64,000 nt of DNA from Eledone cirrhosa (taxonomy: Eukaryota), in assembly GCA_964016885.1 (NCBI GenBank), contig CAXHJY010000096.1, positions 930,001 to 994,000 on the forward strand. Reading direction: 5' to 3'. Under the pieces are notes generated by a model. The model did not search any database and was not told the DNA's origin. It saw only the letters and a program-made list of their open reading frames with translations. The position numbers and the translations under genes are program-made. Below are positions 23,201 to 37,230 of the stretch, piece by piece (position 1 is the stretch's first letter; each line of letters begins with the position of its first letter).

Positions 23201-26200
23201 TAATTTGTAAAAAAAAAATCAGGGGGAGATAATTTGTAAAAAAAATCAGGGGGAGATAATTTGTAAAAAAAAATCAGGGGTAGATAAATTGTAAAAAAAA
23301 ATCAGGGGGAGATAATTTGTAAAAAAAATCAGGGGGAGATAATTTGTAAAAAACATGAAAGGGGAGATAATATCCAGCCGTCCAAGGGGAGATAATTTCC
23401 AGCCGTCCAAGGGGAGATAATTTCCAGCCGTCCAAGGGGAGATAATTTCCATCCTTCCAAGGGGATATAATTTCCAGCCGTCCAAGGGGAGATAATTTCC
23501 CGCCAGCCAAGGGAAGATAATTTTTAAAAAAATCAGGCGGAGATTGTAAAAAAAATCAGGGGGGAGATAATTTGTAAAAAAATCAGGGGGAGATAATTTG
23601 TAAAAAAAAATCAGGGGGAGATAATTTGTAAAAAATAATCAGGGGGAGATAATTTGTAAAAAAAAATCAAGGGGAGATAATTTCCAGCCGTCCAAGGGGA
23701 GATAATTTCCCGCCAGCCAAGGGAAGATAATATTTAAAAAAATTAGGCGGAGATAATTTGTAAAAAAAATCAGGGGTAGATAATTTGTAAAAAAAAATCA
23801 GGGGGAGATAATTTGTAAAAAAAATCAAGGGGAGATAATTTCCAGCCGTCCAAGGGAAGATAATTTCCAGCCCTCCAAGGGGCTATAATTTCCAGCGTCC
23901 AAGGGGAGATAATTTCCAGCCAGCGAAGGGGAGATAATTTTTTAAAAAAAATCATTGGGAGATTTGTAAAAAAAATCAGGGGGAGATAATTTGTAAAAAA
24001 AATCAAGGGGAGATAATTTCCAGCCGTCCAAGGGGAGGTAATATCTAGCCGTCCAAGGGTAGATAATTTCCAGCCGTCCAACGGGAGATAATTTCCAGCC
24101 GTCCAAGGGTAGATAATATCCAGCCGCCCAAGGACATATTTTCCAGCCGTCCAAGGAGAGGTAATTTCTAGCCGTCCAAGGGGAGATAATTTCCAGCCGT
24201 CCAAGGGTAGATAATATCCAGCCGTCCAAGGACATATTTTCCAGCCGTCCAAGGAGAGGTAATTTCTAGCCGTCCAAGGGGAGATAAATTCCAGCCTCCA
24301 AGGGGAGATAATTTCCAGCCAGCCAAGGGGAGATAATTTGTAAAAAAATCAGGGGGAGATAATTTGTAAAAAAAATCAGGGGGAGATAATTTGTAAAAAA
24401 AAATCAGGGGGAGATAATTTGTAAAAAAAAATCAGGGGGAGATAATTTGCAAAAAAAATCAGAGGGAGATAATTTGTAAAAAAAAATCAGGGGTAGATAA
24501 TTTGTAAAAAAAAATCAGGGGGAGATAATTTGTAAAAAAAAATCAGGGGGAGATAATTTGTAAAAAAAATCAAGGGGAGATAATTTCCAGCCGTCCAAGG
24601 AGAGATAATTTTAAAAAAAATCAGGCGGAGATAATTTGTAAAAAAAAATCAGGGGGAGATAACTTGTAAAAAAAAATCAGGGGGAGATAATTTGTAAAAA
24701 AAAATCAGGGGGAGATAATTTGTAAAAAAAATCAGGAGGAGATAATTTGTAAAAATAATCAAGGGGAGATAATTTCCAGCCGTCCAAGGAGAGATAATTT
24801 AAAAAAAAATCAGGCGGAGATAATTTGTAAAAAAAAATCAGGGGGAGATAATTTGTAAAAAAAAATCAGGGGGAGATAATTTGTAAAAAAAATCAAGGGG
24901 AGATAATTTCCAGCCGTCCAAGGGGAGATAATTTTCAGCCGTCCAAGGGGAGATAATTTCCCGCCAGCCAAGGGAAGATAATATTCAAAAAAATCAGGCG
25001 GAGATAATTTGTAAAAAAAATCAGGGGGAGATAATTTGTAAAAAAATCAGGGGGAGATAATTTGTAAAAAAAAAAATCAGGGGGAGATAATTTTTAAAAA
25101 AAATCAGGGGGAGATAATTTGTAAAAAAAAATCAGGGGTAGATAATTTGTAAAAAAAAATCAGGGGGAGATAATTTGTAAAAAAAAATCAGGGGGAGATA
25201 ATTTGTAAAAAAAATGAAAGGGGAGATAATTTCCAGCCGTCCAAGGGGAGATAATTTCCAGCCGTCCAAGGGGAGATAATTTCCAGCCGTCCAAGGGGAG
25301 ATAATTTCCATCCTTCCAAGGGGATATAATTTCCAGCCGTCCAAGGGGAGATAATTTCCATCCTTCCAAGGGGATATAATTTCCAGCCGTCCAAGGGGAG
25401 ATAATTTTCAGCCGTCCAAGGAGAGGTAATTTCTAGCCGTCCAAGGAGAGATAATTTCCAGCCGTCCAAGGGGAGATAATTTCCAGCCGTCCAAGGGGAG
25501 ATAATTTCCAGCCGTCCAAGGAGACATATTTTCCAGCCGTCCAAGGAGAGGTAATTCCTAGCCGTCCAAGGGGAGATAAATTCCAGCCTCCAAGGGGAGA
25601 TAATTTCCAGCCAGCCAAGGGGAGATAATTTGTAAAAAAAATCAGGGGGAGATAATTTGTAAAAAAAATCAGGGGGAGATAATTTGTAAAAAAAAATCAG
25701 GGGGAGATAATTTGTAAAAAATAATCAGGGGGAGATAATTTGTAAAAAAAATCAAGGGGAGATAATTTCCAGCCGTCCAAGGGGAGATAATTTTCAGCCG
25801 TCCAAGGGGAGATAATTTCCCGCCAGCCAAGGGAAGATAATATTTAAAAAAATTAGGCGGAGATAATTTGTAAAGAAAATCAGGGGGAGATAATTTGTAA
25901 AAAAATCAGGGGGAGATAATTTGTAAAAAAAATCAGGGGGAGATAATTTGTAAAAAAAATCAGGGGGAGATAATTTGTAAAAAAAAATCAGGGGGAGATA
26001 ATTTGAAAAAAATATCAAGGGGAGATAATTTCCAGCCCTCCAAGGGGCTATAATTTCCAGCGTCCAAGGGGAGATAATTTCCAGCCAGCGAAGGGGAGAT
26101 AATTTTTTTTAAAAAATCATTGGGAGATTTGTAAAAAAAATCAGGGGGAGATAATTTGTAAAAAAAATCAAGGGGAGATAATTTCCAGCCGTCCAAGGGG

Positions 26201-29200
26201 AGGTAATATCTAGCCGTCCAAGGGGAGATAATTTCCAGCCGTCCAAGGGGAGATAATTTCCAGCCGTCCAAGGGTAGATAATATCCAGCCGTCCAAGGAC
26301 ATATTTTCCAGCCGTCCAAGGAGAGGTAATTTCTAGCCGTCCAAGGGGAGATAAATTCCAGCCTCCAAGGTGAGATAATTTCCAGCCAGCCAAGGGGAGA
26401 TAATTTGTAAAAAAATCAGGGGGAGATAATTTGTAAAAAAAATCAGGGGGAGATAATTTGTAAAAAAAAATCAGGGGGAGATAATTTGTAAAAAAAATCA
26501 GGGGGAGATAATTTGTAAAAAAAAATCAGGGGGAGATAATTTGTAAAAAAAATCAAGGGGAGATAATTTCCAGCCGTCCAAGGGGAGATAATTTCCCGCC
26601 AGCCAAGGGAAGATAATATTTAAAAAAATCAGGCGGAGATAATTTGTAAAAAAATCAGGGGGAGATAATTTGTAAAAAAATCAGGGGGAGATAATTTGTA
26701 AAAAAAAAATCAGGGGGAGATAATTTGTAAAAAAAATCAGGGGGAGATAATTTGTAAAAAAAAATCAGGGGTAGATAAATTGTAAAAAAAAATCAGGGGG
26801 AGATAATTTGTAAAAAAAATCAGGGGGAGATAATTTGTAAAAAAAATGAAAGGGGAGATAATATCCAGCCGTCCAAGGGGAGATAATTTCCAGCCGTCCA
26901 AGGGGAGATAATTTCCAGCCGTCCAAGGGGAGATAATTTCCATCCTTCCAAGGGGATATAATTTCCAGCCGTCCAAGGGGAGATAATTTCCCGCCAGCCA
27001 AGGGAAGATAATTTTTAAAAAAATCAGGCGGAGATTGTAAAAAAAATCAGGGGGGAGATAATTTGTAAAAAAATCAGGGGGAGATAATTTGTAAAAAAAA
27101 ATCAGGGGGAGATAATTTGTAAAAAATAATCAGGGGGAGATAATTTGTAAAAAAAAATCAAGGGGAGATAATATCCAGCCGTCCAAGGGGAGATAATTTC
27201 CCGCCAGCCAAGGGAAGATAATATTTAAAAAAATTAGGCGGAGATAATTTGTAAAAAAAATCAGGGGGAGATAATTTGTAAAAAAATCAGGGGGAGATAA
27301 TTTGTAAAAAAAATCAGGGGGAGATAATTTGTAAAAAAAATCATGGGGAGATAATTTGTAAAAAAAAATCAGGGGTAGATAATTTGTAAAAAAAAATCAG
27401 GGGGAGATAATTTGTAAAAAAAAATCAGGGGGAGATAATTTGTAAAAAAAATCAAGGGGAGATAATTTCCAGCCGTCCAAGGGGAGATAATTTTCAGCTG
27501 TCCAAGGAGAGGTAATTTCTAGCCGTCCAAGGGGAGATAATTTCCAGCCGTCCAAGGGGAGGTAATTTCCAGCCGTCCAAGGGGAGATAATTTTAAAAAA
27601 AAAATCAGGCGGAGATAATTTGTAAAAAAAATCAAGGGGAGATAATTTGCAGCCGTCCAAGGGGAGATAATTTTCAGTCGTCCAAGGAGAGGTAATTTCT
27701 AGCCGTCCAAGGGGAGATAATTGCCAGCCGTCCAAGGGGAGATAATTTCCAGCCGTCCAAGGGGAGATAATTTTTTTTAAAAAATCAGGCGGAGATAATT
27801 TGTAAAAAAAATCAGGGGGAGATAATTTGTAAACAAAATCAGGGGGAGATAATTTGTAAAAAAAAATCAGGGGGAGATAATTTGTAAAAAAAATCATGGA
27901 GAGATAATTTCCAGCCGTCCAAGGTGAGATAATTTCCAGCCGTCCAAGGAGACATATTTTCCAGCCGTCCAAGGCGAGGTAATTTCTAGCCGTCCAAGGG
28001 GAGATAAATTCCAGCCTCCAAGGGGAGATAATTTCCAGCCAGCCAAGTGGAGATAATTTGTAAAAAAATCAGGGGGAGATAATTTGTAAAAAATATCAGG
28101 GAGATAATTTGTAAAAAAAAATCAGGGGGAGATAATTTGTAAAAAAAATCAGGGGGAGATAATTTGTAAAAAAAAATCAGGTGGAGATAATTTGTAAAAA
28201 AAATCAAGGGGAGATAATTTTCAGCCGTCCAAGGGGAGATAATTTCCCGCCAGCCATGGGAAGATAATATTTAAAAAAATCAGGCGGAGATAATTTGTAA
28301 AAAAAATCAGGCGGAGATAATTTGTAAAAAAATCAGGGGGAGATAATTTGTAAAAAAAAAATCAGGGGGAGATAATTTGTAAAAAAAATCAGGGGGAGAT
28401 AATTTGTAAAAAAAAATCAAGGGGAGATAATTTCCAGCCGTCCAAGGGGATATAATTTCCAGCCGTCCAAGGGGAGATAATTTCCATCCTTCCAAGGGGA
28501 TATAATTTCCAGCCGTCCAAGGGGAGATAATTTCCCGCCAGCCAAGGGAAGATAATTTTTAAAAAAATCAGGCGGAGATTGTAAAAAAAATCAGGGGGGA
28601 GATAATTTGTAAAAAAATCAGGAGGAGATAATTTGTAAAAAATAATCAGGGGGAGATAATTTGTAAAAAAATTCAAGGGGAGATAATTTCCAGCCGTCCA
28701 AGGGGAGATAATTTCCCGCCAGCCAAGGGAAGATAATATTTAAAAAAATTAGGCGGAGATAATTTGTAAAAAAAATCAGGGGGAGATAATTTGTAAAAAA
28801 ATCAAGGGGAGATAATTTGTAAAAAAAATCAGGGGGAGATAATTTGTAAAAAAAATCATGGGGAGATAATTTGTAAAAAAAAATCAGGGGTAGATAATTT
28901 GTAAAAAAAAATCAGGGGGAGATAATTTGTAAAAAAAAATCAGGGGGAGATAATTTGTAAAAAAAATCAAGGGGAGATAATATCCAGCCGTCCAAGGAGA
29001 GATAATTTTAAAAAAAAATGAGGCGGAGATAATTTGTAAAAAATCAGGGGGAGTTAATTTGTAAAGAAAAATGAGGGGGAGATAATTTGTAAAAAAAATC
29101 AAGGGGAGATAATTTCCAGCCGTCCAAGGGGAGATAATTTTCAGCCGTCCAAGGAGAGGTAATTTCTAGCCGTCCAAGGGGAGATAATTTCCAGCCGTCC

Positions 29201-31799
29201 AAGGGGAGGTAATTTCCAGCCGTCCAAGGGGAGATAAATTAAAAAAAAAATCAGGCGGAGATAATTTGTAAAAAAAATCAAGGGGAGATAATTTGCAGCC
29301 GTCCAATGGGAGATAATTTTCAGTCGTCCAAGGAGAGGTAATTTCTAGCCGTCCAAGGGGAGATAATTTCCAGCCGTCCAAGGGGAGATAATTTCCAGCC
29401 GTCCAAGGGGAGATAATTTTTTTTTAAAAATCAGGGGGAGATAATTTGTAAAAAAAATTAGGCGTAGATAATTTGTAAAAAAAAATCAGGGGGAGATAAT
29501 TTGTAAAAAAAAATCAGGGGGAGATAATTTGTTTAAAAAATCAAGGGGAGATAATTTGCAGCCGTCCAAGGGGAGATAATTTTCAGCCGTCCAAGGAGAG
29601 GTAATTTCTAGCCGTTCAAGGGGAGATAATTTCCAGCCGTCCAAGGGGAGATAATTTCCAGCCGTCCAAGGGGAGATAATTTTTTTTTAAAAATCAGGCG
29701 GACATAATTTGTAAAAAAAAATCAGGGGGAGATAATTCGTAAAAAAAAATCAGGGGGAGATAATTTGTAAAAAAAAATCAGGGGGAGATAATTTGTAAAA
29801 AAAATCAAGGGGAGATAATTTCCAGCCGTCCAAGGGAAGATAATTTCCAGCCCTCCAAGGGGCTATAATTTCCAGCGTCCAAGGGGAGATAATTTCCAGC
29901 CAGCGAAGGGGAGATAATTTTTTAAAAAAAATCATTGGGAGATTTGTAAAAAAAATCAGGGGGAGATAATTTGTAAAAAAAATCAAGGGGAGATAATTTC
30001 CAGCCGTCCAAGGGGAGGTAATATCTAGCCGTCCAAGGGTAGATAATTTCCAGCCGTCCAACGGGAGATAATTTCCAGCCGTCCAAGGGTAGATAATATC
30101 CAGCCGCCCAAGGACATATTTTCCAGCCGTCCAAGGAGAGGTAATTTCTAGCCGTCCAAGGGGAGATAATTTCCAGCCGTCCAAGGGTAGATAATATCCA
30201 GCCGTCCAAGGACATATTTTCCAGCCGTCCAAGGAGAGGTAATTTCTAGCCGTCCAAGGGGAGATAAATTCCAGCCTCCAAGGGGAGATAATTTCCAGCC
30301 AGCCAAGGGGAGATAATTTGTAAAAAAATCAGGGGGAGATAATTTGTAAAAAAAATCAGGGGGAGATAATTTGTAAAAAAAAATCAGGGGGAGATAATTT
30401 GTAAAAAAAAATCAGGGGGAGATAATTTGCAAAAAAAATCAGGGGGAGATAATTTGTAAAAAAAAATCAGGGGTAGATAATTTGTAAAAAAAAATCAGGG
30501 GGAGATAATTTGTAAAAAAAAATCAGGGGGAGATAATTTGTAAAAAAAATCAAGGGGAGATAATTTCCAGCCGTCCAAGGAGAGATAATTTAAAAAAAAA
30601 TCAGGCGGAGATAATTTGTAAAAAAAAATCAGGGGGAGATAATTTGTAAAAAAAAATCAGGGGGAGATAATTTGTAAAAAAAAATCAGGGGGAGATAATT
30701 TGTAAAAAAAAATCAGGAGGAGATAATTTGTAAAAAAAATCAAGGGGAGATAATTTCCAGCCGTCCAAGGAGAGATAATTTAAAAAAAAATCAGGCGGAG
30801 ATAATTTGTAAAAAAAAATCAGGGGGAGATAATTTGTAAAAAAAAATCAGGGGGAGATAATTTGTAAAAAAAATCAAGGGGAGATAATTTCCAGCCGTCC
30901 AAGGGGAGATAATTTTCAGCCGTCCAAGGGGAGATAATTTCCCGCCAGCCAAGGGAAGATAATATTCAAAAAAATCAGGCGGAGATAATTTGTAAAAAAA
31001 ATCAGGGGGAGATAATTTGTAAAAAAATCAGGGGGAGATAATTTGTAAAAAAAAAAATCAGGGGGAGATAATTTTTAAAAAAAATCAGGGGGAGATAATT
31101 TGTAAAAAAAAATCAGGGGTAGATAATTTGTAAAAAAAAATCAGGGGGAGATAATTTGTAAAAAAAAATCAGGGGGAGATAATTTGTAAAAAAAATGAAA
31201 GGGGAGATAATATCCAGCCGTCCAAGGGGAGATAATTTCCAGCCGTCCAAGGGGAGATAATTTCCAGCCGTCCAAGGGGAGATAATTTCCATCCTTCCAA
31301 GGGGATATAATTTCCAGCCGTCCAAGGGGAGATAATTTCCATCCTTCCAAGGGGATATAATTTCCAGCCGTCCAAGGGGAGATAATTTTCAGCCGTCCAA
31401 GGAGAGGTAATTTCTAGCCGTCCAAGGAGAGATAATTTCCAGCCGTCCAAGGGGAGATGATTTCCAGCCGTCCAAGGGGAGATAATTTCCAGCCGTCCAA
31501 GGAGACATATTTTCCAGCCGTCCAAGGAGAGGTAATTCCTAGCCGTCCAAGGGGAGATAAATTCCAGCCTCCAAGGGGAGATAATTTCCAGCCAGCCAAG
31601 GGGAGATAATTTGTAAAAAAAATCAGGGGGAGATAATTTGTAAAAAAAATCAGGGGGAGATAATTTGTAAAAAAAAATCAGGGGGAGATAATTTGTAAAA
31701 AATAATCAGGGGGAGATAATTTGTAAAAAAAATCAAGGGGAGATAATTTCCAGCCGTCCAAGGGGAGATAATTTTCAGCCGTCCAAGGGGAGATAATTT

Positions 31800-34700
31800 C
31801 CAGCCGTCCAAGGGGAGATAATTTCCATCCTTCCAAGGGGATATAATTTCCAGCCGTCCAAGGGGAGATAATTTCCCGCCAGCCAAGGGAAGATAATTTT
31901 TAAAAAAATCAGGCGGAGATTGTAAAAAAATCAGGGGGGAGATAATTTGTAAAAAAATCAGGGGAAGATAATTTGTAAAAAAAAATCAGGGGGAGATAAT
32001 TTGTAAAAAATAATCAGGGGGAGATAATTTCCAGCCCTCCAAGGGGCTATAATTTCCAGTGTCCAAGGGGAGATAATTTCCAGCCAGCGAAGGGGAGATA
32101 ATTTTTTTTTAAAAATCATTGGGAGATTTGTAAAAAAAATCAGGGGGAGATAATTTGTAAAAAAAATCAAGGGGAGATAATTTCCAGCCGTCCAAGGGGA
32201 GGTAATATCTAGCCGTCCAAGGGTAGATAATTTCCAGCCGTCCAACGGGAGATAATTTCCAGCCGTCCAAGGGTAGATAATATCCAGCCGCCCAAGGACA
32301 TATTTTCCAGCCGTCCAAGGAGAGGTAATTTCTAGCCGTCCAAGGGGAGATAATTTCCAGCCGTCCAAGGGTAGATAATATCCAGCCGTCCAAGGACATA
32401 TTTTCCAGCCGTCCAAGGAGAGGTAATTTCTAGCCGTCCAAGGGGAGATAAATTCCAGCCTCCAAGGGGAGATAATTTCCAGCCAGCCAAGGGGAGATAA
32501 TTTGTAAAAAAATCAGGGGGAGATAATTTGTAAAAAAAATCAGGGGGAGATAATTTGTAAAAAAAAATCAGGGGGAGATAATTTGTAAAAAAAAATCAGG
32601 GTGAGATAATTTGCAAAAAAAATCAGGGGGAGATAATTTGTAAAAAAAAATCAGGGGTAGATAATTTGTAAAAAAAAATCAGGGGGAGATAATTTGTAAA
32701 AAAAAATCAGGGGGAGATAATTTGTAAAAAAAATCAAGGGGAGATAATTTCCAGCCGTCCAAGGAGAGATAATTTTAAAAAAAATCAGGCGGAGATAATT
32801 TGTAAAAAAAAATCAGGGGGAGATAATTTGTAAAAAAAATCAGGGGGAGATAATTTGTAAAAAAAAATCAGGGGTAGATAATTTGTAAAAAAAAATCAGG
32901 GGGAGAGAATTTGTAAAAAAAAATCAGGAGGAGATAATTTGTAAAAAAAATCAAGGGGAGATAATTTCCAGCCGTCCAAGGAGAGATAATTTAAAAAAAA
33001 ATCAGGCGGAGATAATTTGTAAAAAAAAATCAGGGGGAGATAATTTGTAAAAAAAAATCAGGGGGAGATAATTTGTAAAAAAAATCAAGGGGAGATAATT
33101 TCCAGCCGTCCAAGGGGAGATAATTTTCAGCCGTCCAAGGGGAGATAATTTCCCGCCAGCCAAGGGAAGATAATATTCAAAAAAATCAGGCGGAGATAAT
33201 TTGTAAAAAAAATCAGGGGGAGATAATTTGTAAAAAAATCAGGGGGAGATAATTTGTAAAAAAAAAAATCAGGGGGAGATAATTTGTAAAAAAAATCAGG
33301 GGGAGATAATTTGTAAAAAAAATCAGGGGTAGATAATTTGTAAAAAAAAATCAGGGGGAGATAATTTGTAAAAAAAAATCAGGGGGAGATAATTTGTAAA
33401 AAAAATGAAAGGGGAGATAATATCCAGCCGTCCAAGGGGAGATAATTTCCAGCCGTCCAAGGGGAGATAATTTCCAGCCGTCCAAGGGGAGATAATTTCC
33501 ATCCTTCCAAGGGGATATAATTTCCAGCCGTCCAAGGGGAGATAATTTCCATCCTTCCAAGGGGATATAATTTCCAGCCGTCCAAGGGGAGATAATTTTC
33601 AGCCGTCCAAGGAGAGGTAATTTCTAGCCGTCCAAGGAGAGATAATTTCCAGCCGTCCAAGGGGAGATAATTTCCAGCCGTCCAAGGGGAGATAATTTCC
33701 AGCCGTCCAAGGAGACATATTTTCCAGCCGTCCAAGGAGAGGTAATTCCTAGCCGTCCAAGGGGAGATAAATTCCAGCCTCCAAGGGGAGATAATTTCCA
33801 GCCAGCCAAGGGGAGATAATTTGTAAAAAAAATCAGGGGGAGATAATTTGTAAAAAAAATCAGGGGGAGATAATTTGTAAAAAAAAATCAGGGGTAGATA
33901 ATTTGTAAAAAATAATCAGGGGGAGATAATTTGTAAAAAAAATCAAGGGGAGATAATTTCCAGCCGTCCAAGGGGAGATAATTTTCAGCCGTCCAAGGGG
34001 AGATAATTTCCCGCCAGCCAAGGGAAGATAATATTTAAAAAAATTAGGCGGAGATAATTTGTAAAAAAAATCAGGGGGAGATAATTTGTAAAAAAATCAG
34101 GGGGAGATAATTTGTAAAAAAAATCAGGGGGAGATAATTTGTAAAAAAAATCAGGGGGAGATAATTTGTAAAAAAAAATCAGGGGGAGATAATTTGTAAA
34201 AAAAATCAAGGGGAGATAATTTCCAGCCGTCCAAGGGAAGATAATTTCCAGCCCTCCAAGGGGCTATAATTTCCAGCGTCCAAGGGGAGATAATTTCCAG
34301 CCAGCGAAGGGGAGATAATTTTTTTTAAAAAATCATTGGGAGATTTGTAAAAAAAATCAGGGGGAGATAATTTGTAAAAAAAATCAAGGGGAGATAATTT
34401 CCAGCCGTCCAAGGGGAGGTAATATCTAGCCGTCCAAGGGGAGATAATTTCCAGCCGTCCAAGGGGAGATAATTTCCAGCCGTCCAAGGGTAGATAATAT
34501 CCAGCCGTCCAAGGACATATTTTCCAGCCGTCCAAGGAGAGGTAATTTCTAGCCGTCCAAGGGGAGATAAATTCCAGCCTCCAAGGTGAGATAATTTCCA
34601 GCCAGCCAAGGGGAGATAATTTGTAAAAAAATCAGGGGGAGATAATTTGTAAAAAAAATCAGGGGGAGATAATTTGTAAAAAAAAATCAGGGGGAGATAA

Positions 34701-34974
34701 TTTGTAAAAAAAAATCAGGGGGAGATAATTTGTAAAAAAAAATCAGGGGGAGATAATTTGTAAAAAAATCAAGGGGAGATAATTTCCAGCCGTCCAAGGG
34801 GAGATAATTTTCAGCCGTCCAAGGGGAGATAATTTCCCGCCAGCCAAGGGAAGATAATATTTGAAAAAATCAGGCGGAGATAATTTGTAAAAAAAATCAG
34901 GGGGAGATAATTTGTAAAAAAATCAGGGGGAGATAATTTGTAAAAAAAAAATCAGGGGGAGATAATTTGTAAAA
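31800..34974 (+). repeat. Duplication, copy 1 (partner ~60826-64000, offset 29026)
   Basis: ORF pairs at 31958/60984, 33323/62349, 33985/63011 and 34325/63351. The rare variant TCAGGGGAAGATA is shared. Confidence 0.85.
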
Positions 34975-35640
34975 AGAATCAGGGGGAGATAATTTGTAAA
35001 AAAAAATCAGGGGTAGATAAATTGTAAAAAAAAATCAGGGGGAGATAATTTGTAAAAAAAATCAGGGGGAGATAATTTGTAAAAAAAATGAAAGGGGAGA
35101 TAATATCCAGCCGTCCAAGGGGAGATAATTTCCAGCCGTCCAAGGGGAGATAATTTCCAGCCGTCCAAGGGGAGATAATTTCCATCCTTCCAAGGGGATA
35201 TAATTTCCAGCCGTCCAAGGGGAGATAATTTCCCGCCAGCCAAGGGAAGATAATTTTTAAAAAAATCAGGCGGAGATTGTAAAAAAAATCAGGGGGGAGA
35301 TAATTTGTAAAAAAATCAGGGGGAGATAATTTGTAAAAAAAAATCAGGGGGAGATAATTTGTAAAAAATAATCAGGGGGAGATAATTTGTAAAAAAAAAT
35401 CAAGGGGAGATAATTTCCAGCCGTCCAAGGGGAGATAATTTCCCGCCAGCCAAGGGAAGATAATATTTAAAAAAATTAGGCGGAGATAATTTGTAAAAAA
35501 AATCAGGGGGAGATAATTTGTAAAAAAATCAGGGGGAGATAATTTGTAAAAAAAATCAGGGGGAGATAATTTGTAAAAAAATTCATGGGGAGATAATTTG
35601 TAAAAAAAAATCAGGGGTAGATAATTTGTAAAAAAAAATC
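31990..35640 (+). repeat. Duplication with partner ~38540-42135 (offset 6549, then 6494)
   Basis: ORF pair 32109/38658 gives 6549. Pairs 33323/39817, 33985/40479 and 34979/41473 give 6494. The 55-bp change equals two B monomers. Confidence 0.82.
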
Positions 35641-37230
35641 AGGGGGAGATAATTTGTAAAAAAAAAATCAGGGGGAGATAATTTGTAAAAAAAAATCAGG
35701 GGGAGATAATTTGTAAAAAAAATCAAGGGGAGATAATTTCCAGCCGTCCAAGGGAAGATAATTTCCAGCCCTCCAAGGGGCTATAATTTCCAGCGTCCAA
35801 GGGGAGATAATTTCCAGCCAGCGAAGGGGAGATAATTTTTTTTAAAAAATCATTGGGAGATTTGTAAAAAAAATCAGGGGGAGATAATTTGTAAAAAAAA
35901 TCAAGGGGAGATAATTTCCAGCCGTCCAAGGGGAGGTAATATCTAGCCGTCCAAGGGGAGATAATTTCCAGCCGTCCAAGGGGAGATAATTTCCAGCCGT
36001 CCAAGGGTAGATAATATCCAGCCGTCCAAGGACATATTTTCCAGCCGTCCAAGGAGAGGTAATTTCTAGCCGTCCAAGGGGAGATAAATTCCAGCCTCCA
36101 AGGTGAGATAATTTCCAGCCAGCCAAGGGGAGATAATTTGTAAAAAAATCAGGGGGAGATAATTTGTAAAAAAAATCAGGGGGAGATAATTTGTAAAAAA
36201 AAATCAGGGGGAGATAATTTGTAAAAAAAAATCAGGGGGAGATAATTTGTAAAAAAAAATCAGGGGGAGATAATTTGTAAAAAAATCAAGGGGAGATAAT
36301 TTCCAGCCGTCCAAGGGGAGATAATTTTCAGCCGTCCAAGGGGAGATAATTTCCCGCCAGCCAAGGGAAGATAATATTTGAAAAAATCAGGCGGAGATAA
36401 TTTGTAAAAAAAATCAGGGGGAGATAATTTGTAAAAAAATCAGGGGGAGATAATTTGTAAAAAAAAAATCAGGGGGAGATAATTTGTAAAAAGAATCAGG
36501 GGGAGATAATTTGTAAAAAAAAATCAGGGGTAGATAAATTGTAAAAAAAAATCAGGGGGAGATAATTTGTAAAAAAAATCAGGGGGAGATAATTTGTAAA
36601 AAAAATGAAAGGGGAGATAATATCCAGCCGTCCAAGGGGAGATAATTTCCAGCCGTCCAAGGGGAGATAATTTCCAGCCGTCCAAGGGGAGATAATTTCC
36701 ATCCTTCCAAGGGGATATAATTTCCAGCCGTCCAAGGGGAGATAATTTCCCGCCAGCCAAGGGAAGATAATTTTTAAAAAAATCAGGCGGAGATTGTAAA
36801 AAAAATCAGGGGGGAGATAATTTGTAAAAAAATCAGGGGGAGATAATTTGTAAAAAAAAATCAGGGGGAGATAATTTGTAAAAAATAATCAGGGGGAGAT
36901 AATTTGTAAAAAAAAATCAAGGGGAGATAATTTCCAGCCGTCCAAGGGGAGATAATTTCCCGCCAGCCAAGGGAAGATAATATTTAAAAAAATTAGGCGG
37001 AGATAATTTGTAAAAAAAATCAGGGGGAGATAATTTGTAAAAAAATCAGGGGGAGATAATTTGTAAAAAAAATCAGGGGGAGATAATTTGTAAAAAAATT
37101 CATGGGGAGATAATTTGTAAAAAAAAATCAGGGGTAGATAATTTGTAAAAAAAAATCAGGGGGAGATAATTTGTAAAAAAAAAATCAGGGGGAGATAATT
37201 TGTAAAAAAAATCAAGGGGAGATAATTTCC
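34150..37230 (+). repeat. Local tandem higher-order duplication, period 1517 bp
   Basis: ORF pairs at 34206/35723 and 34979/36496. Shared markers are ATATTTGAAAA and AAAAAGAATC. Confidence 0.83.
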
